Assembly: GCA_030648835.1 (NCBI GenBank)
Contig: JAUSGT010000002.1
Location: 437,458-501,457, forward strand
DNA: 64,000 nt
Reading direction: 5' to 3'
DNA from: Candidatus Moraniibacteriota bacterium
Lineage (GTDB): Bacteria > Patescibacteriota > Minisyncoccia > Moranbacterales > UBA1568
Below the pieces are notes generated by a model. The model had not been told where the DNA came from. It saw nothing but the letters and a program-made list of their open reading frames with translations, and searched no databases. Numbering within the stretch: the stretch's first letter is position 1; each line of letters starts with the position of its first letter. Below are positions 9,062-18,455 of the stretch, piece after piece. A program made the position numbers and the translations under genes.

Positions 9062-10303
9062 ATGCGTCAGACACAACTTTTCACACGGACCAAAAAAGAA
9101 GCACCCAGGGATGAAGTAAGCAGGAATGCAGAGCTACTCATCCGTGCCGGTTTCGTACACAAGGAAATGGCCGGGGTGTATTCTTTCCTTCCGCTCGGTC
9201 TCAGGGTGTTGAACAAAGTGATCGGAATCATTCGCGAAGAAATGAATGTTATCGATGGGCAAGAAATATCAATGACAGCTTTGCAGGAAAAAGAATTGTG
9301 GCAAAAAACCGACCGTTGGGATGACAAAAATGTGGATGTTTGGTTCAAGACGGCTTTGAAAAACGGCACGGAATTGGGGTTGGGCTGGACGCATGAGGAA
9401 CCGCTGACACGGCTTTTGACACAGCATATTTCTTCTTATCGCGATTTACCGGTACTCGTCTATCAGTTTCAGACGAAGTTCCGCAATGAAACGCGCGCCA
9501 AATCAGGCATTATGCGTATGCGGGAGTTCCTTATGAAGGACTTGTATTCTTTTGCCCGGACACAGGGAGAACATGAAAAAATATATGCTTCGGTACGCGC
9601 AGCTTATAAGAAAATTTTCGAACGCGTCGGTTTGGGTGAACGGACATATCCTACGTTCGCATCGGGAGGAGCTTTCAGTAAATACTCCGAGGAATTTCAG
9701 ACAATCAGTGACGCGGGTGAAGATTTGATTTACATTGATGAAGCCAGCGGGCAAGCTTTGAACAAAGAAGTATTGAATGATGCGGTATTGGCCGATCTCG
9801 GATTGAAACGTGAAAATTTGGTGGAGAAAAAAGCGGTTGAAGTGGGGAACATCTTTACTCTGGGGACAAAGTTTTCAGAGCCACTCGGGCTCATATTCAA
9901 GGACGAAGAAGGAGGCGCCCAGTCGGTTGTCATGGGCTGTTATGGCATCGGGCCGGGGCGAGTGATGGGGACGATCGCGGAAGCGCTCTCTGATGAGGCC
10001 GGCTTGGTGTGGCCGGAATCCGTAGCGCCTTTCAGGGTACATCTGCTTTCCTTGGGTGCCGACGAAAAAGCCTTGGAAATCTATAGCGCGCTCACAGCCG
10101 CCGGTATCGAAACGCTTTATGATGATCGTGATGTATCGGCCGGGGAGAAATTCGCCGAGAGCGATCTCATCGGTATTCCGTATCGTGTCGTTATCGGGAA
10201 GCGGTCGCTCGAGTCGGGGAAAGCAGAAATAAAAAAACGCACTTCTTCCGATATCGAAACAGTCTCACTGGAGGAGATTGTTCGGTATTTTGAAAAACTT
10301 TGA
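9062..10303 (+). CDS. proS: Prolyl-tRNA synthetase, short form lacking the editing insertion
   Basis: Class II aaRS motifs. The N-terminus MRQTQLFTRTKKEAPRDEVSRNAELLIRAGF... is typical of ProRS, and a C-terminal anticodon-binding domain is present. Confidence 0.85.
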   Translation: MRQTQLFTRTKKEAPRDEVSRNAELLIRAGFVHKEMAGVYSFLPLGLRVLNKVIGIIREEMNVIDGQEISMTALQEKELWQKTDRWDDKNVDVWFKTALKNGTELGLGWTHEEPLTRLLTQHISSYRDLPVLVYQFQTKFRNETRAKSGIMRMREFLMKDLYSFARTQGEHEKIYASVRAAYKKIFERVGLGERTYPTFASGGAFSKYSEEFQTISDAGEDLIYIDEASGQALNKEVLNDAVLADLGLKRENLVEKKAVEVGNIFTLGTKFSEPLGLIFKDEEGGAQSVVMGCYGIGPGRVMGTIAEALSDEAGLVWPESVAPFRVHLLSLGADEKALEIYSALTAAGIETLYDDRDVSAGEKFAESDLIGIPYRVVIGKRSLESGKAEIKKRTSSDIETVSLEEIVRYFEKL

Positions 10304-10335
10304 GATTTTTCGCTGAAAGGTTTTTAATTAAGGAT

Positions 10336-10366
10336 TCTTGCTTCGCCCGAAGCAAGATATTGTTTT
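10336..10366 (+). terminator. Hairpin plus T-run after proS
   Basis: TCTTGCTTCG/CGAAGCAAGA perfect 10-bp inverted repeat followed by ATATTGTTTT. Confidence 0.5.
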
Positions 10367-10369
10367 GAA

Positions 10370-11086
10370 ATGACTGCCATTATGAAAATACGGAAATCGA
10401 AAGAACGCATGCTCATCTCTCTCGGCGGATCGCTCTTGGTCCCTGGGGAAATAGATTGGAAATTCGTGAAGCGGTTCAAGCAGTTCATTATCAAACATAT
10501 CCGCCAGGGGTATTCGTTCATTTTGGTGACCGGCGGTGGCAAGACCGCACGCAAGTATATCGAGGCGGCCAGTCAGGTGTCAAAGATCACCGATGATGAC
10601 AGTGATTGGCTCGGTATTCACGCGACACGTATGAACGCGCATTTCATCCGGACAGTGTTCCGTTCTTACGCTCATCCGCGCATCAATACCAACCCGCACA
10701 ATCTGGAGGATTTTTACGGCGTGAAAGAGCCGATTCTGGTGGCGGCCGGTTGGCGACCGGGATTTTCCACGGACTATGACGCGGTGCTTTTGGGGAAGTA
10801 CCTGGATGTGAAGCGCATCATCAATCTTTCCGATATCGATTATGTCTGCGATAAAGATCCTAAAAAGTACGCGGATGCCAAAAAAATCAAAAACATTTCT
10901 TGGAAAGAATTTCGCAAGATCGTTGGTGATACGTGGCAACCCGGTATGAGTGCCCCTTTTGACCCGGTGGCTTCGAAACTGGCTCAAGCCGAAGGGATGG
11001 AGGTGGCGATTATGAGTGGGCACAATCTGGAAAATATAAAGAACTATATCGCGCATGAAGATTTTATCGGGACAGTGATCAAATAA
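10370..11086 (+). CDS. pyrH: Amino-acid-kinase family protein, archaeal-type UMP kinase-like
   Basis: LISLGGSLL...LVTGGGKTARKYIEAA fits the aspartate/glutamate/uridylate kinase fold. The start may be the internal ATG at 10409. Confidence 0.55.
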   Translation: MTAIMKIRKSKERMLISLGGSLLVPGEIDWKFVKRFKQFIIKHIRQGYSFILVTGGGKTARKYIEAASQVSKITDDDSDWLGIHATRMNAHFIRTVFRSYAHPRINTNPHNLEDFYGVKEPILVAAGWRPGFSTDYDAVLLGKYLDVKRIINLSDIDYVCDKDPKKYADAKKIKNISWKEFRKIVGDTWQPGMSAPFDPVASKLAQAEGMEVAIMSGHNLENIKNYIAHEDFIGTVIK

Positions 11087-11096
11087 TGCGTGTTCT

Positions 11097-12053
11097 ATGG
11101 GAGCAACTTCCGTAAAAAAAGTGCTGTTGGCGGCGCCGCGCGGATTTTGCGCGGGCGTAGGGAGGGCTATCCAAGCGGTAGAGGATACATTGGAAATTTT
11201 CGGCTCGCCTATCTATGTGAAGCATGAAATCGTGCATAACAAGCATGTGGTGGCGGATCTCGCGGCCAAGGGAGTGATTACCATCGAGAACCTCTCGGAG
11301 GCTCCGGACGGGGCTGTCGTAGTGTTTTCGGCTCATGGATCATTGCCGGAACATTATACAGAGGCGAAGCGTCGGCACATGCGGCTGATTGATGCGACGT
11401 GTCCCTTGGTAACCAAGGTACATCTTGAGGTACAGCGCTTCTTGAAAGACGGCTATACGGTGGTCTATATCGGTCATCATGGACATGTCGAAGGGATCGG
11501 TGTCTTGGGTGAGGCGGGGAGTACAGTGATTCCATTGGTAGAGACAGCGGAGGAAGTGGAAAAATTGGAAATCGGCAACCCGGAGAAACTCATTTATCTT
11601 ACTCAGACGACACTCTCGGTCGATGATACGGCAGACGTCATTGCCGCTCTCAAGAAAAAATATCCCCAGATCGTGGCGCCACCACTTTCCGATATCTGTT
11701 TTGCCACGACCAACCGGCAGGAAGCGGTCAAGGCATTGGCCAAACTTTCCGATCTGATTCTGATTTTTGGTTCCAAAAATTCGTCGAATTCCACGCGTCT
11801 CAAAGAAACGGCGCGGGCAGCGGGCGTGCAAGCATATCTCATTGATGATATTTCAGAGCTTGATGAAAATTGGCTCATTGATGTGGAAACGGTTGGTATC
11901 AGCGCCGGGGCGAGCGTTCCGGAAAAATTGGTAGAGGAAGCTGTCGCCTATTTTGCCTCTCTCGGCGTGGTAGCGGAAGACTTCGTCGTCAAGCTGGAAA
12001 CAATGACTTTTTCTGAGCCTTTGGATCTGATGCAGTTGAAGAAAAATCGGTAG
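11097..12053 (+). CDS. ispH: 4-hydroxy-3-methylbut-2-enyl diphosphate reductase (IspH/LytB)
   Basis: LAAPRGFCAGVGRAI, conserved Cys positions and HN/SxN motifs. Confidence 0.85.
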   Translation: MGATSVKKVLLAAPRGFCAGVGRAIQAVEDTLEIFGSPIYVKHEIVHNKHVVADLAAKGVITIENLSEAPDGAVVVFSAHGSLPEHYTEAKRRHMRLIDATCPLVTKVHLEVQRFLKDGYTVVYIGHHGHVEGIGVLGEAGSTVIPLVETAEEVEKLEIGNPEKLIYLTQTTLSVDDTADVIAALKKKYPQIVAPPLSDICFATTNRQEAVKALAKLSDLILIFGSKNSSNSTRLKETARAAGVQAYLIDDISELDENWLIDVETVGISAGASVPEKLVEEAVAYFASLGVVAEDFVVKLETMTFSEPLDLMQLKKNR

Positions 12054-12071
12054 GAGGAGTATACTACGGGC

Positions 12072-14633
12072 ATGATTTTCATCAAAAATTTCAATGAAAT
12101 AGGAAAAGGGGATGCCGCTCTTGCGGGTGGCAAGGGTGCTTCTTTGGGAGAAATGACACAGACCGGTATCCCGGTGCCGCCGGGTTTCGTTGTTTTGGCC
12201 GATGCGTTTGAAAAGTTTCTCGATGAGACAGATCTCAATACTGAGATTGATACTATTCTTCATACAGTCAATACGGACGAGATGCGGAGTGTCGAACACG
12301 CCTCCGAAAGGATCCAGAAATTGATTCTTGAGGCCAAGATGCCGGCAGATATCGGGAAAGAGATACAGAAAAATTTTAAAGTTCTGGATGTACAGTATGT
12401 CGCAGTCCGCTCGAGCGCCACAGCCGAGGATAGCGATTCTGCGGCCTGGGCCGGCCAGCTAGATACCTTTTTGAATACTACAGAGGAAACCTTGCTCGAG
12501 AATGTACAGAAATGCTGGGCTTCCTTGTTCACGTCGCGAGCTGTTTTCTATCGCTTCGAGAAAGAATTGCATCAGCAGAAAATTTCCGTGGCGGTCGTAG
12601 TCCAAAAAATGATCCAGTCGGAAATTTCCGGCATCGCCTTTTCCGTCCATCCGGTGACCGAAGACAGAAACCAGCTCATCATCGAAGCCGGTTGGGGTCT
12701 CGGCGAAGCCATCGTTTCCGGACAAATCACGCCGGATAGCTATGTAGTGGAAAAAGATCCACGGCGGATTATCGATACGAATATTGCTATTCAGGAACGT
12801 GGAATTTACCGTTCTTCTTCTGTCATCCCGGGCTTGACCCGGGATCCAGAAAGTAAGAGTGAGACTTCTGCGAATGAATGGCGGGAAATTCCGGAAAATA
12901 AGAGGGAGAAACAGAAGCTTTCAGAAATGCAGATTCTGGAACTCGCGGAACTGGTGATAAAAATCGAAAAGCACTACGGCTTTCCCTGTGACATCGAATG
13001 GGCTCTTATGAGGGAAAAATTCTACATCACCCAGAGCCGGCCGATCACGACACTTTCTCCACAGTCGCCGGTTTCTGAAGACTCAAAAAAAAAATTAAAA
13101 TTTGAAAAAAATATCACCGATAAATTGGAAAAGAGAATCGCTCACTACTTATCCGAGCCGATGATAAAGATGGGGCAATGGTCACTGATGCCAGTTGATA
13201 TGGAGACATGGTATGTACAGGATGTGTCTAAATACTTTGAAGAATTCTTCGGTTTCCCTAAAGGCCATCCGAATTTTTATATTTCAAAAACAGATGTCAT
13301 ATCAAATTATGCTCCGGAATCATTCTTCCCGAAACTTTTTAGTTATATTCGCAATCTTACAGAACAAGACTTTAAAGGACTAGAAAAAAAGTTGAGTATT
13401 TTTTTAAAAATAAAAAAAGATACCAAAAAAGAACTTTCGTACCTTACTAGTGATAGTTTTCCAAATCTTTCCACTACTGAACTCATTGATCTTTACAAAA
13501 AGAATCGCGATCTTATTCATCGGATAGTGATATTCGATCATTTCGGCATGTATGCTGAGAATTATTGGCCGCCCCTCATGCACGAAATTCTTACCAAGAA
13601 GTTCGGACTTATTCCGGATACGCCAGAATATCACGAAGTTTTATTTACTTTGAGCAAACCAAAGGAAATTTCTATATCGCTAGAAGAGAAACGTGATGTC
13701 CTAGGGGAAGCCCTCCGAGTCAAGACGGGAGAAGAGAGTATGAAAGAAGCTGCAAAAAAGCTCGCCGAGGATTTTGGCTGGCTACCCGTTTTCACCTATG
13801 GTACGCCGTGGGATGAACGTCATTACGAGGTGGAGTTGGAGGAACTTTCCAAGCGGGATGTAGCTTTTTTGAAAGAAGAATATGAAAAACTCAAAAATTA
13901 TTCTGATTTGCGTGATCAAGATATACAAAAGTTAGTAAAAAAACATACTATTTTACCTTTAGATCTCCAAATTTTTGTTGATTTTGGTCTGGCAGTAGAT
14001 GTTCGGAACGAGGCGGAATTCGTCGTTTCTTTGGGCGGATATTATTTATTACCGATGTACAAGGAAATGGCACGGAGATTAAAAACTTCTGAAAAAGGGC
14101 TGCGTCTGCTTTTCGAAGAGGAAATCATTGCTTGTCTCGAGGGTCGAGCTGATTCGCAAGACCTTCTGAAAGGAAAAAAGAATATCGTCGCTTGGGGTTT
14201 CGATGAGAGCATGAGAAAGCGGATAAACTTTACCGAAGAAGAGGCGTGGGCATTGCATCATCATTTTGAAGCGCATGCCAAGATTTCCGGCCAAAGCGAA
14301 TCCGATGTCAAAAAGGGCGTCTGTGCCAGTTCCGGCAAAGCCCGAGGTGTAGCGCGTATTCTCAAAAGTCCGGCAGAAAACGCGTCAGTGAAATCGGGAG
14401 ATATCCTAATCAGCTATGCTACAACTGTCGACTATCTCTCGGCTATGAAGAATGCCGCTGCCATCGTTACCGAAACAGGCGGGTTGACGTGTCACGCAGC
14501 CGTTGTTTCGCGCGAGTTCGGTATCCCGTGTATCGTCGGGCTGAAAAACGCCATGTCCGATTTCCGAGACGGTGATCTCGTCGAGGTAGATGCGGATAAT
14601 GGAGTGGTGAAAATCCTTACTAAGAGAGTGTAG
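12072..14633 (+). CDS. P1: PEP-synthase/rifampin-phosphotransferase-like three-domain protein (N-terminal PPDK_N ATP-grasp, middle domain, C-terminal PEP-utilising phosphohistidine swivel domain)
   Basis: N-terminal GGKGASLGEMTQTGIPVPPGFVV...CDIEWAL (ATP-grasp/PPDK_N). C-terminal GGLTCHAAVVSREFGIPCIVG with the His codon at 14493-14495. At 853 aa it matches the RPH-like architecture. Confidence 0.8.
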   Translation: MIFIKNFNEIGKGDAALAGGKGASLGEMTQTGIPVPPGFVVLADAFEKFLDETDLNTEIDTILHTVNTDEMRSVEHASERIQKLILEAKMPADIGKEIQKNFKVLDVQYVAVRSSATAEDSDSAAWAGQLDTFLNTTEETLLENVQKCWASLFTSRAVFYRFEKELHQQKISVAVVVQKMIQSEISGIAFSVHPVTEDRNQLIIEAGWGLGEAIVSGQITPDSYVVEKDPRRIIDTNIAIQERGIYRSSSVIPGLTRDPESKSETSANEWREIPENKREKQKLSEMQILELAELVIKIEKHYGFPCDIEWALMREKFYITQSRPITTLSPQSPVSEDSKKKLKFEKNITDKLEKRIAHYLSEPMIKMGQWSLMPVDMETWYVQDVSKYFEEFFGFPKGHPNFYISKTDVISNYAPESFFPKLFSYIRNLTEQDFKGLEKKLSIFLKIKKDTKKELSYLTSDSFPNLSTTELIDLYKKNRDLIHRIVIFDHFGMYAENYWPPLMHEILTKKFGLIPDTPEYHEVLFTLSKPKEISISLEEKRDVLGEALRVKTGEESMKEAAKKLAEDFGWLPVFTYGTPWDERHYEVELEELSKRDVAFLKEEYEKLKNYSDLRDQDIQKLVKKHTILPLDLQIFVDFGLAVDVRNEAEFVVSLGGYYLLPMYKEMARRLKTSEKGLRLLFEEEIIACLEGRADSQDLLKGKKNIVAWGFDESMRKRINFTEEEAWALHHHFEAHAKISGQSESDVKKGVCASSGKARGVARILKSPAENASVKSGDILISYATTVDYLSAMKNAAAIVTETGGLTCHAAVVSREFGIPCIVGLKNAMSDFRDGDLVEVDADNGVVKILTKRV

Positions 14634-14637
14634 TTTT

Positions 14638-15675
14638 ATGTCCAAGTTAGAATGGAGAAAAAATTGGTCTGGGAGTTGGTCATTTCTTGAGTGTTTTTAT
14701 TACGGTAAGATTTACACTATCTTACTTGAAAAGACTCACGGTATTGGAATTTCAACTGCGGCATTTATATCAAAGCAAGGCAGAAGCGACTCGTATCTCA
14801 TTGAGGATGAAGTTGCACAGTTTGGGGAGGCTCTCGCAAAAAAACTTGAAGGAGATATAAATTTAGCGGAGCAATGGGGTCAATCTGCGAAAGAAATCGG
14901 AGATAGGATTTTGCAATTTATTGAATTTCATCAGGAGAAAGAAATAACCCCACAACTCTATAATGATTTATGGGATATTGTTGAGCAGTATGCCGTAGTA
15001 GCTCTTTCTATAAAAGTCGTTGGTGATTATCTGCCAACTCATCTTTCAAAAAAACTGCTCCCTTTATTTTCGGAGATTCGCGAGTACGGAGAACCGGTAT
15101 ATACTCAGTCGGCTCTCTTTATAAAAAAATTTGCCAACCAGGTCTCAGAAATAACTTCGATCCCAGCTCAGTATGTTCTCGCATCAACAGATTCTGAAAT
15201 TAATGAATATTTTGAAACTCAGAAACTTCCTGATGTGAAAGTTCTCGCCGCTCGTTATGAGTGTGCCTTTATTTATGTACAGGAAGGGGAAATCAAAGAA
15301 ATTACAGGAAAAGAAGGCGTGGATGCATTTGAGAAACAACTGAGAGTTGAGAGCGAGTACGTCCAGGGAGCCTGTGCTTTTCCAGGAAAAGTAAAAGGAA
15401 AAGTGAGGATAATTCTTGATCCTTCAGGGGTATCAAGTTTAGAAGCAGGAACGGTACTGGTAACTGGTATGACCAGGCCAGAGTACCTCCATCTTATGAA
15501 ACAAGCTATTGCCGTAGTTACCGATGGCGGTGGTGTTCTCTCACATGCTGCTATTACTGCCCGAGAATTGAAAAAACCTTGCATTATCGGTACCAAAATC
15601 GCCACGCAAGTCTTGAAAGATGGCGATATGGTAGAGGTGGATGCGGAACGGGGGATTATTACTATTATCAAATGA
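14638..15675 (+). CDS. P2: paralog with a divergent N-terminal domain and the C-terminal phosphohistidine swivel domain; no ATP-grasp domain
   Basis: C-terminal GGGVLSHAAITARELKKPCIIGTKIATQVLKDGDMVEVDAERG with the His codon at 15544-15546. Starts 5 nt after the P1 stop. Confidence 0.7.
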   Translation: MSKLEWRKNWSGSWSFLECFYYGKIYTILLEKTHGIGISTAAFISKQGRSDSYLIEDEVAQFGEALAKKLEGDINLAEQWGQSAKEIGDRILQFIEFHQEKEITPQLYNDLWDIVEQYAVVALSIKVVGDYLPTHLSKKLLPLFSEIREYGEPVYTQSALFIKKFANQVSEITSIPAQYVLASTDSEINEYFETQKLPDVKVLAARYECAFIYVQEGEIKEITGKEGVDAFEKQLRVESEYVQGACAFPGKVKGKVRIILDPSGVSSLEAGTVLVTGMTRPEYLHLMKQAIAVVTDGGGVLSHAAITARELKKPCIIGTKIATQVLKDGDMVEVDAERGIITIIK

Positions 15676-15728
15676 ACATTCTGATATTCTGCAGAATGTC
15701 AGAATGTTTGGTAAGTGCGTGAGACAAA

Positions 15729-17111
15729 GTGAAACATATGGTTGAGAAAAAATTCGAATTTATCGCAGACAGGAATTCCGGTATCGAGGGCAGCATATAT
15801 GGTCTTTCGATGTGTTTGGAGGTTATCTGGCAGAGTAATTTGCGTAACAGCGTGAAGTTTCCGTTTTATGCTCAGATAATCGATGATAAGAAACAGCAGT
15901 GTACGGAGTGGATTGATGCGGAAGCGTATAGGGTCAATGCTTTCAACTTTCTTCGCTATTCTGAGAAGAACGGGACAGACTATCTGAAAAGCGTCAGTAA
16001 GCAAGTAACCGAAGAAACTGCTGATTTTTTTACTTTATCGGCCACACTCCTGCCAACGCTCAGGAAACTTTCTGATTTCGATCTGGCCGAAGCCTACGGC
16101 ATATTTATGAACCGTTACAATGAGATATACGGATTGGGTGCTCTGACGTACGTTTACGAGCATGATCTGTCGGAACACTTATCCCAATCTTTTGGTAAGC
16201 GCGGTAAAAACGCCACAGCCTTTTTGAGTCAGATATTGAAAACGGATTACAAGAGCTTCGTCTTTGAGAGTGATGAGCTTTTACTTGCTATAAAGAGTGA
16301 AAAAAAGGCTATAGTAAAGCAAAAATTGATTAATAGCTATTTGAAGAGTTTTTATTTTATGAGAGCGACGTATTCCTCTGCTCCCATACTTGACTCCGAA
16401 GGAGTGTTACGAATGGCTGCCGAGAGAGAGGTGCAGGAAAAATTTGAAAAAGAGAAGAACCAAAAGCCGATCGAGCTTACAGTAGAAGAAAAAGTACTTG
16501 TCTCGATACTTCAGGAAACGGAAATAATCCGCGATCAGAGAAAAAAAGCCAATCTCATCGGAATGTATATGATGTTTCGCTTTCTCGACGAGCTGTGCAA
16601 GCGGTCAGGTATTTCTTCTGAAATAGCGAGGCGGATGTTTTGGTACGAATTCATAGATGGACTGTTTGATACAGAGCGACTGCTTGCTATTCTGAAAAAG
16701 CGTACGCAAGTCAGTATCGTTTTCGATGGATCAAATACGTATTATTTAGAATATGCCGCGATACGACCCCGTCAAATCAGGAAAAATGTCACGCAATTCA
16801 AAGGAACGCCGGCTTCCTCGGGAAAAGTATCGGCCAAAGTGCGAATTGTTCTTGGTTCGAATGATTTCGAGAAATTCAAGAGGGGCGAAGTCCTCGTGAC
16901 TCAGATGACTCGGCCGGCATTTTTGCCGCTTATGAAAATAGCTGCAGCTATCGTGACGGATGAAGGCGGGCTGACATGCCACGCAGCGATTATCGCGCGG
17001 GAGTTGCATATCCCGTGTATCGTCGGTACCAAAATCGCTACGCAAGTATTGAAAGATGGTGATCTCGTTGAAGTGGACGCGGAAAAGGGATTTGTGAGGA
17101 TTCTGCAGTAA
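15729..17111 (+). CDS. P3: paralog with a divergent N-terminal domain and the C-terminal phosphohistidine swivel domain
   Basis: C-terminal GGLTCHAAIIARELHIPCIVGTKIATQVLKDGDLVEVDAEKG. The track start at 15729 is GTG; the ATG at 15738 is more likely. Confidence 0.7.
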   Translation: MKHMVEKKFEFIADRNSGIEGSIYGLSMCLEVIWQSNLRNSVKFPFYAQIIDDKKQQCTEWIDAEAYRVNAFNFLRYSEKNGTDYLKSVSKQVTEETADFFTLSATLLPTLRKLSDFDLAEAYGIFMNRYNEIYGLGALTYVYEHDLSEHLSQSFGKRGKNATAFLSQILKTDYKSFVFESDELLLAIKSEKKAIVKQKLINSYLKSFYFMRATYSSAPILDSEGVLRMAAEREVQEKFEKEKNQKPIELTVEEKVLVSILQETEIIRDQRKKANLIGMYMMFRFLDELCKRSGISSEIARRMFWYEFIDGLFDTERLLAILKKRTQVSIVFDGSNTYYLEYAAIRPRQIRKNVTQFKGTPASSGKVSAKVRIVLGSNDFEKFKRGEVLVTQMTRPAFLPLMKIAAAIVTDEGGLTCHAAIIARELHIPCIVGTKIATQVLKDGDLVEVDAEKGFVRILQ

Positions 17112-17145
17112 TTTTGGTGTTTGAGGTAGGACTAAAAAAGATAAA

Positions 17146-17173
17146 GGGGGCATCGCGCGAATGCCTCCTTTTT
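17146..17173. terminator. Bidirectional hairpin terminator between convergent P3 and the LMW-PTP gene
   Basis: GGGGGCAT-CGCGCGA-ATGCCTCC hairpin flanked by an A-run and a T-run. Confidence 0.55.
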
Positions 17174-17197
17174 ATTTACCGATTGTGGTTGTTTTTC

Positions 17198-17662
17198 TCA
17201 GAGCCCCTCGAGCGCTTTGGGTAGAGCCTGTTTGATTATTGAGGCACACGCGCCGTAGGCTTCGTGTCCTCCTCCAATCGGGTCCGGTATCCCGTCGTTT
17301 TCACCATTCAGGATTACGATGCGGTTGATCGGCGCTCCTTCATTGATCAGAGCTCGCCTGACATGATGATCCACGACGATGATTCGATCGTAGCTTGAGA
17401 GATCAAATTTTGATACATGTCGCGGAGTGTGGCTGTCGAGGTCGAGGCCTGATTCTCTCGCTATCGCAATGCTGTGTCTGTTCGCGTTGGTGAATAGATT
17501 TACCCCAGGGAACAAACCGTGTCCGGGCAAAAGCTCGTCAAGTATGCCGCAACTTTCGACGATGGCATCAATACCGCGCTCGGCAAGCGCCTGTTGTGTG
17601 AAAACCATCATAAGCGGACTGCGGGCCATATTGCCCATGCATACGCACAAGACTCTCTTCAT
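17198..17662 (-). CDS. Low-molecular-weight protein tyrosine phosphatase / arsenate-reductase fold (LMW-PTP)
   Basis: P-loop CVCMGNMARSP (CX5R) at the N-terminus and a downstream DP motif (IPDPIGG). Confidence 0.8.
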   Translation of the reverse strand: MKRVLCVCMGNMARSPLMMVFTQQALAERGIDAIVESCGILDELLPGHGLFPGVNLFTNANRHSIAIARESGLDLDSHTPRHVSKFDLSSYDRIIVVDHHVRRALINEGAPINRIVILNGENDGIPDPIGGGHEAYGACASIIKQALPKALEGL

Positions 17663-17820
17663 TGGAGACCTCTTTGGGGAAAGAACGAAAAAATAGTATA
17701 GCCTGATATGATGATTTTGTCTAGTCCAATAGATGAGTGTACAATGAAAGAAATTGTGGTATTCGTATAAGTAAGAACCTCACATAGCAGGTAAAAGAAC
17801 AATTAACATACTCGAAGGAT

Positions 17821-18441
17821 ATGGACGAAAAAATTCTTAAGTCAATGAATCATATGAAAGTAGATACTGAACTTTTTGATAAAATTTTCATGAAGGTGAA
17901 ACCCCTGCTTCGTTCCGGGAGACCGGGAGATTATGCACATATCAAGAGCGTGTATCGGACGCTCGTTCGTCTCTGCGAAAAAGAAGACTATCCAATAAAT
18001 CCGCGCATCCTCGTTCCTGCCGGAATCCTGCATGACTGTGGTTTCGGTTTTCTCAAGAAGGAACATATGTATTATTTTACCGGGCAGAAAAAAGTGACTG
18101 CGATGAAAGAAGTGATCGGCGGCCTGACACTTGCCTATATTCCGGTGTGCCTTCAAGAATTCCAATTCTCCGATCAAGAAATAGAAGGCATAAAATATAT
18201 CGTGACATATTCCGATGAAAGCGTGCTTCCTATGGAAAATCCATCGCTTGAACTTCAGATTCTCCATGATCTCAATCTGTATGACCGTTTTCTGCCACAT
18301 CGGCTGAAGACCCTGAATACTCTTTATTCCGATCCCGTGAAAAGAAAGGCAGTTCTCGAAGATTCTTTGAGGTACATTATCTTGTCCACTTTCAAGAAAA
18401 AAGCGGAAAAACTGATGAAGAAGATAACGGAAAAATTTTGA
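17821..18441 (+). CDS. HD-domain metal-dependent phosphohydrolase
   Basis: H...HD...D pattern: AHIKSV, GILHDCG and LHDLNLYD. Confidence 0.55.
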   Translation: MDEKILKSMNHMKVDTELFDKIFMKVKPLLRSGRPGDYAHIKSVYRTLVRLCEKEDYPINPRILVPAGILHDCGFGFLKKEHMYYFTGQKKVTAMKEVIGGLTLAYIPVCLQEFQFSDQEIEGIKYIVTYSDESVLPMENPSLELQILHDLNLYDRFLPHRLKTLNTLYSDPVKRKAVLEDSLRYIILSTFKKKAEKLMKKITEKF

Positions 18442-18455
18442 CTTTTTGAAGTAAT

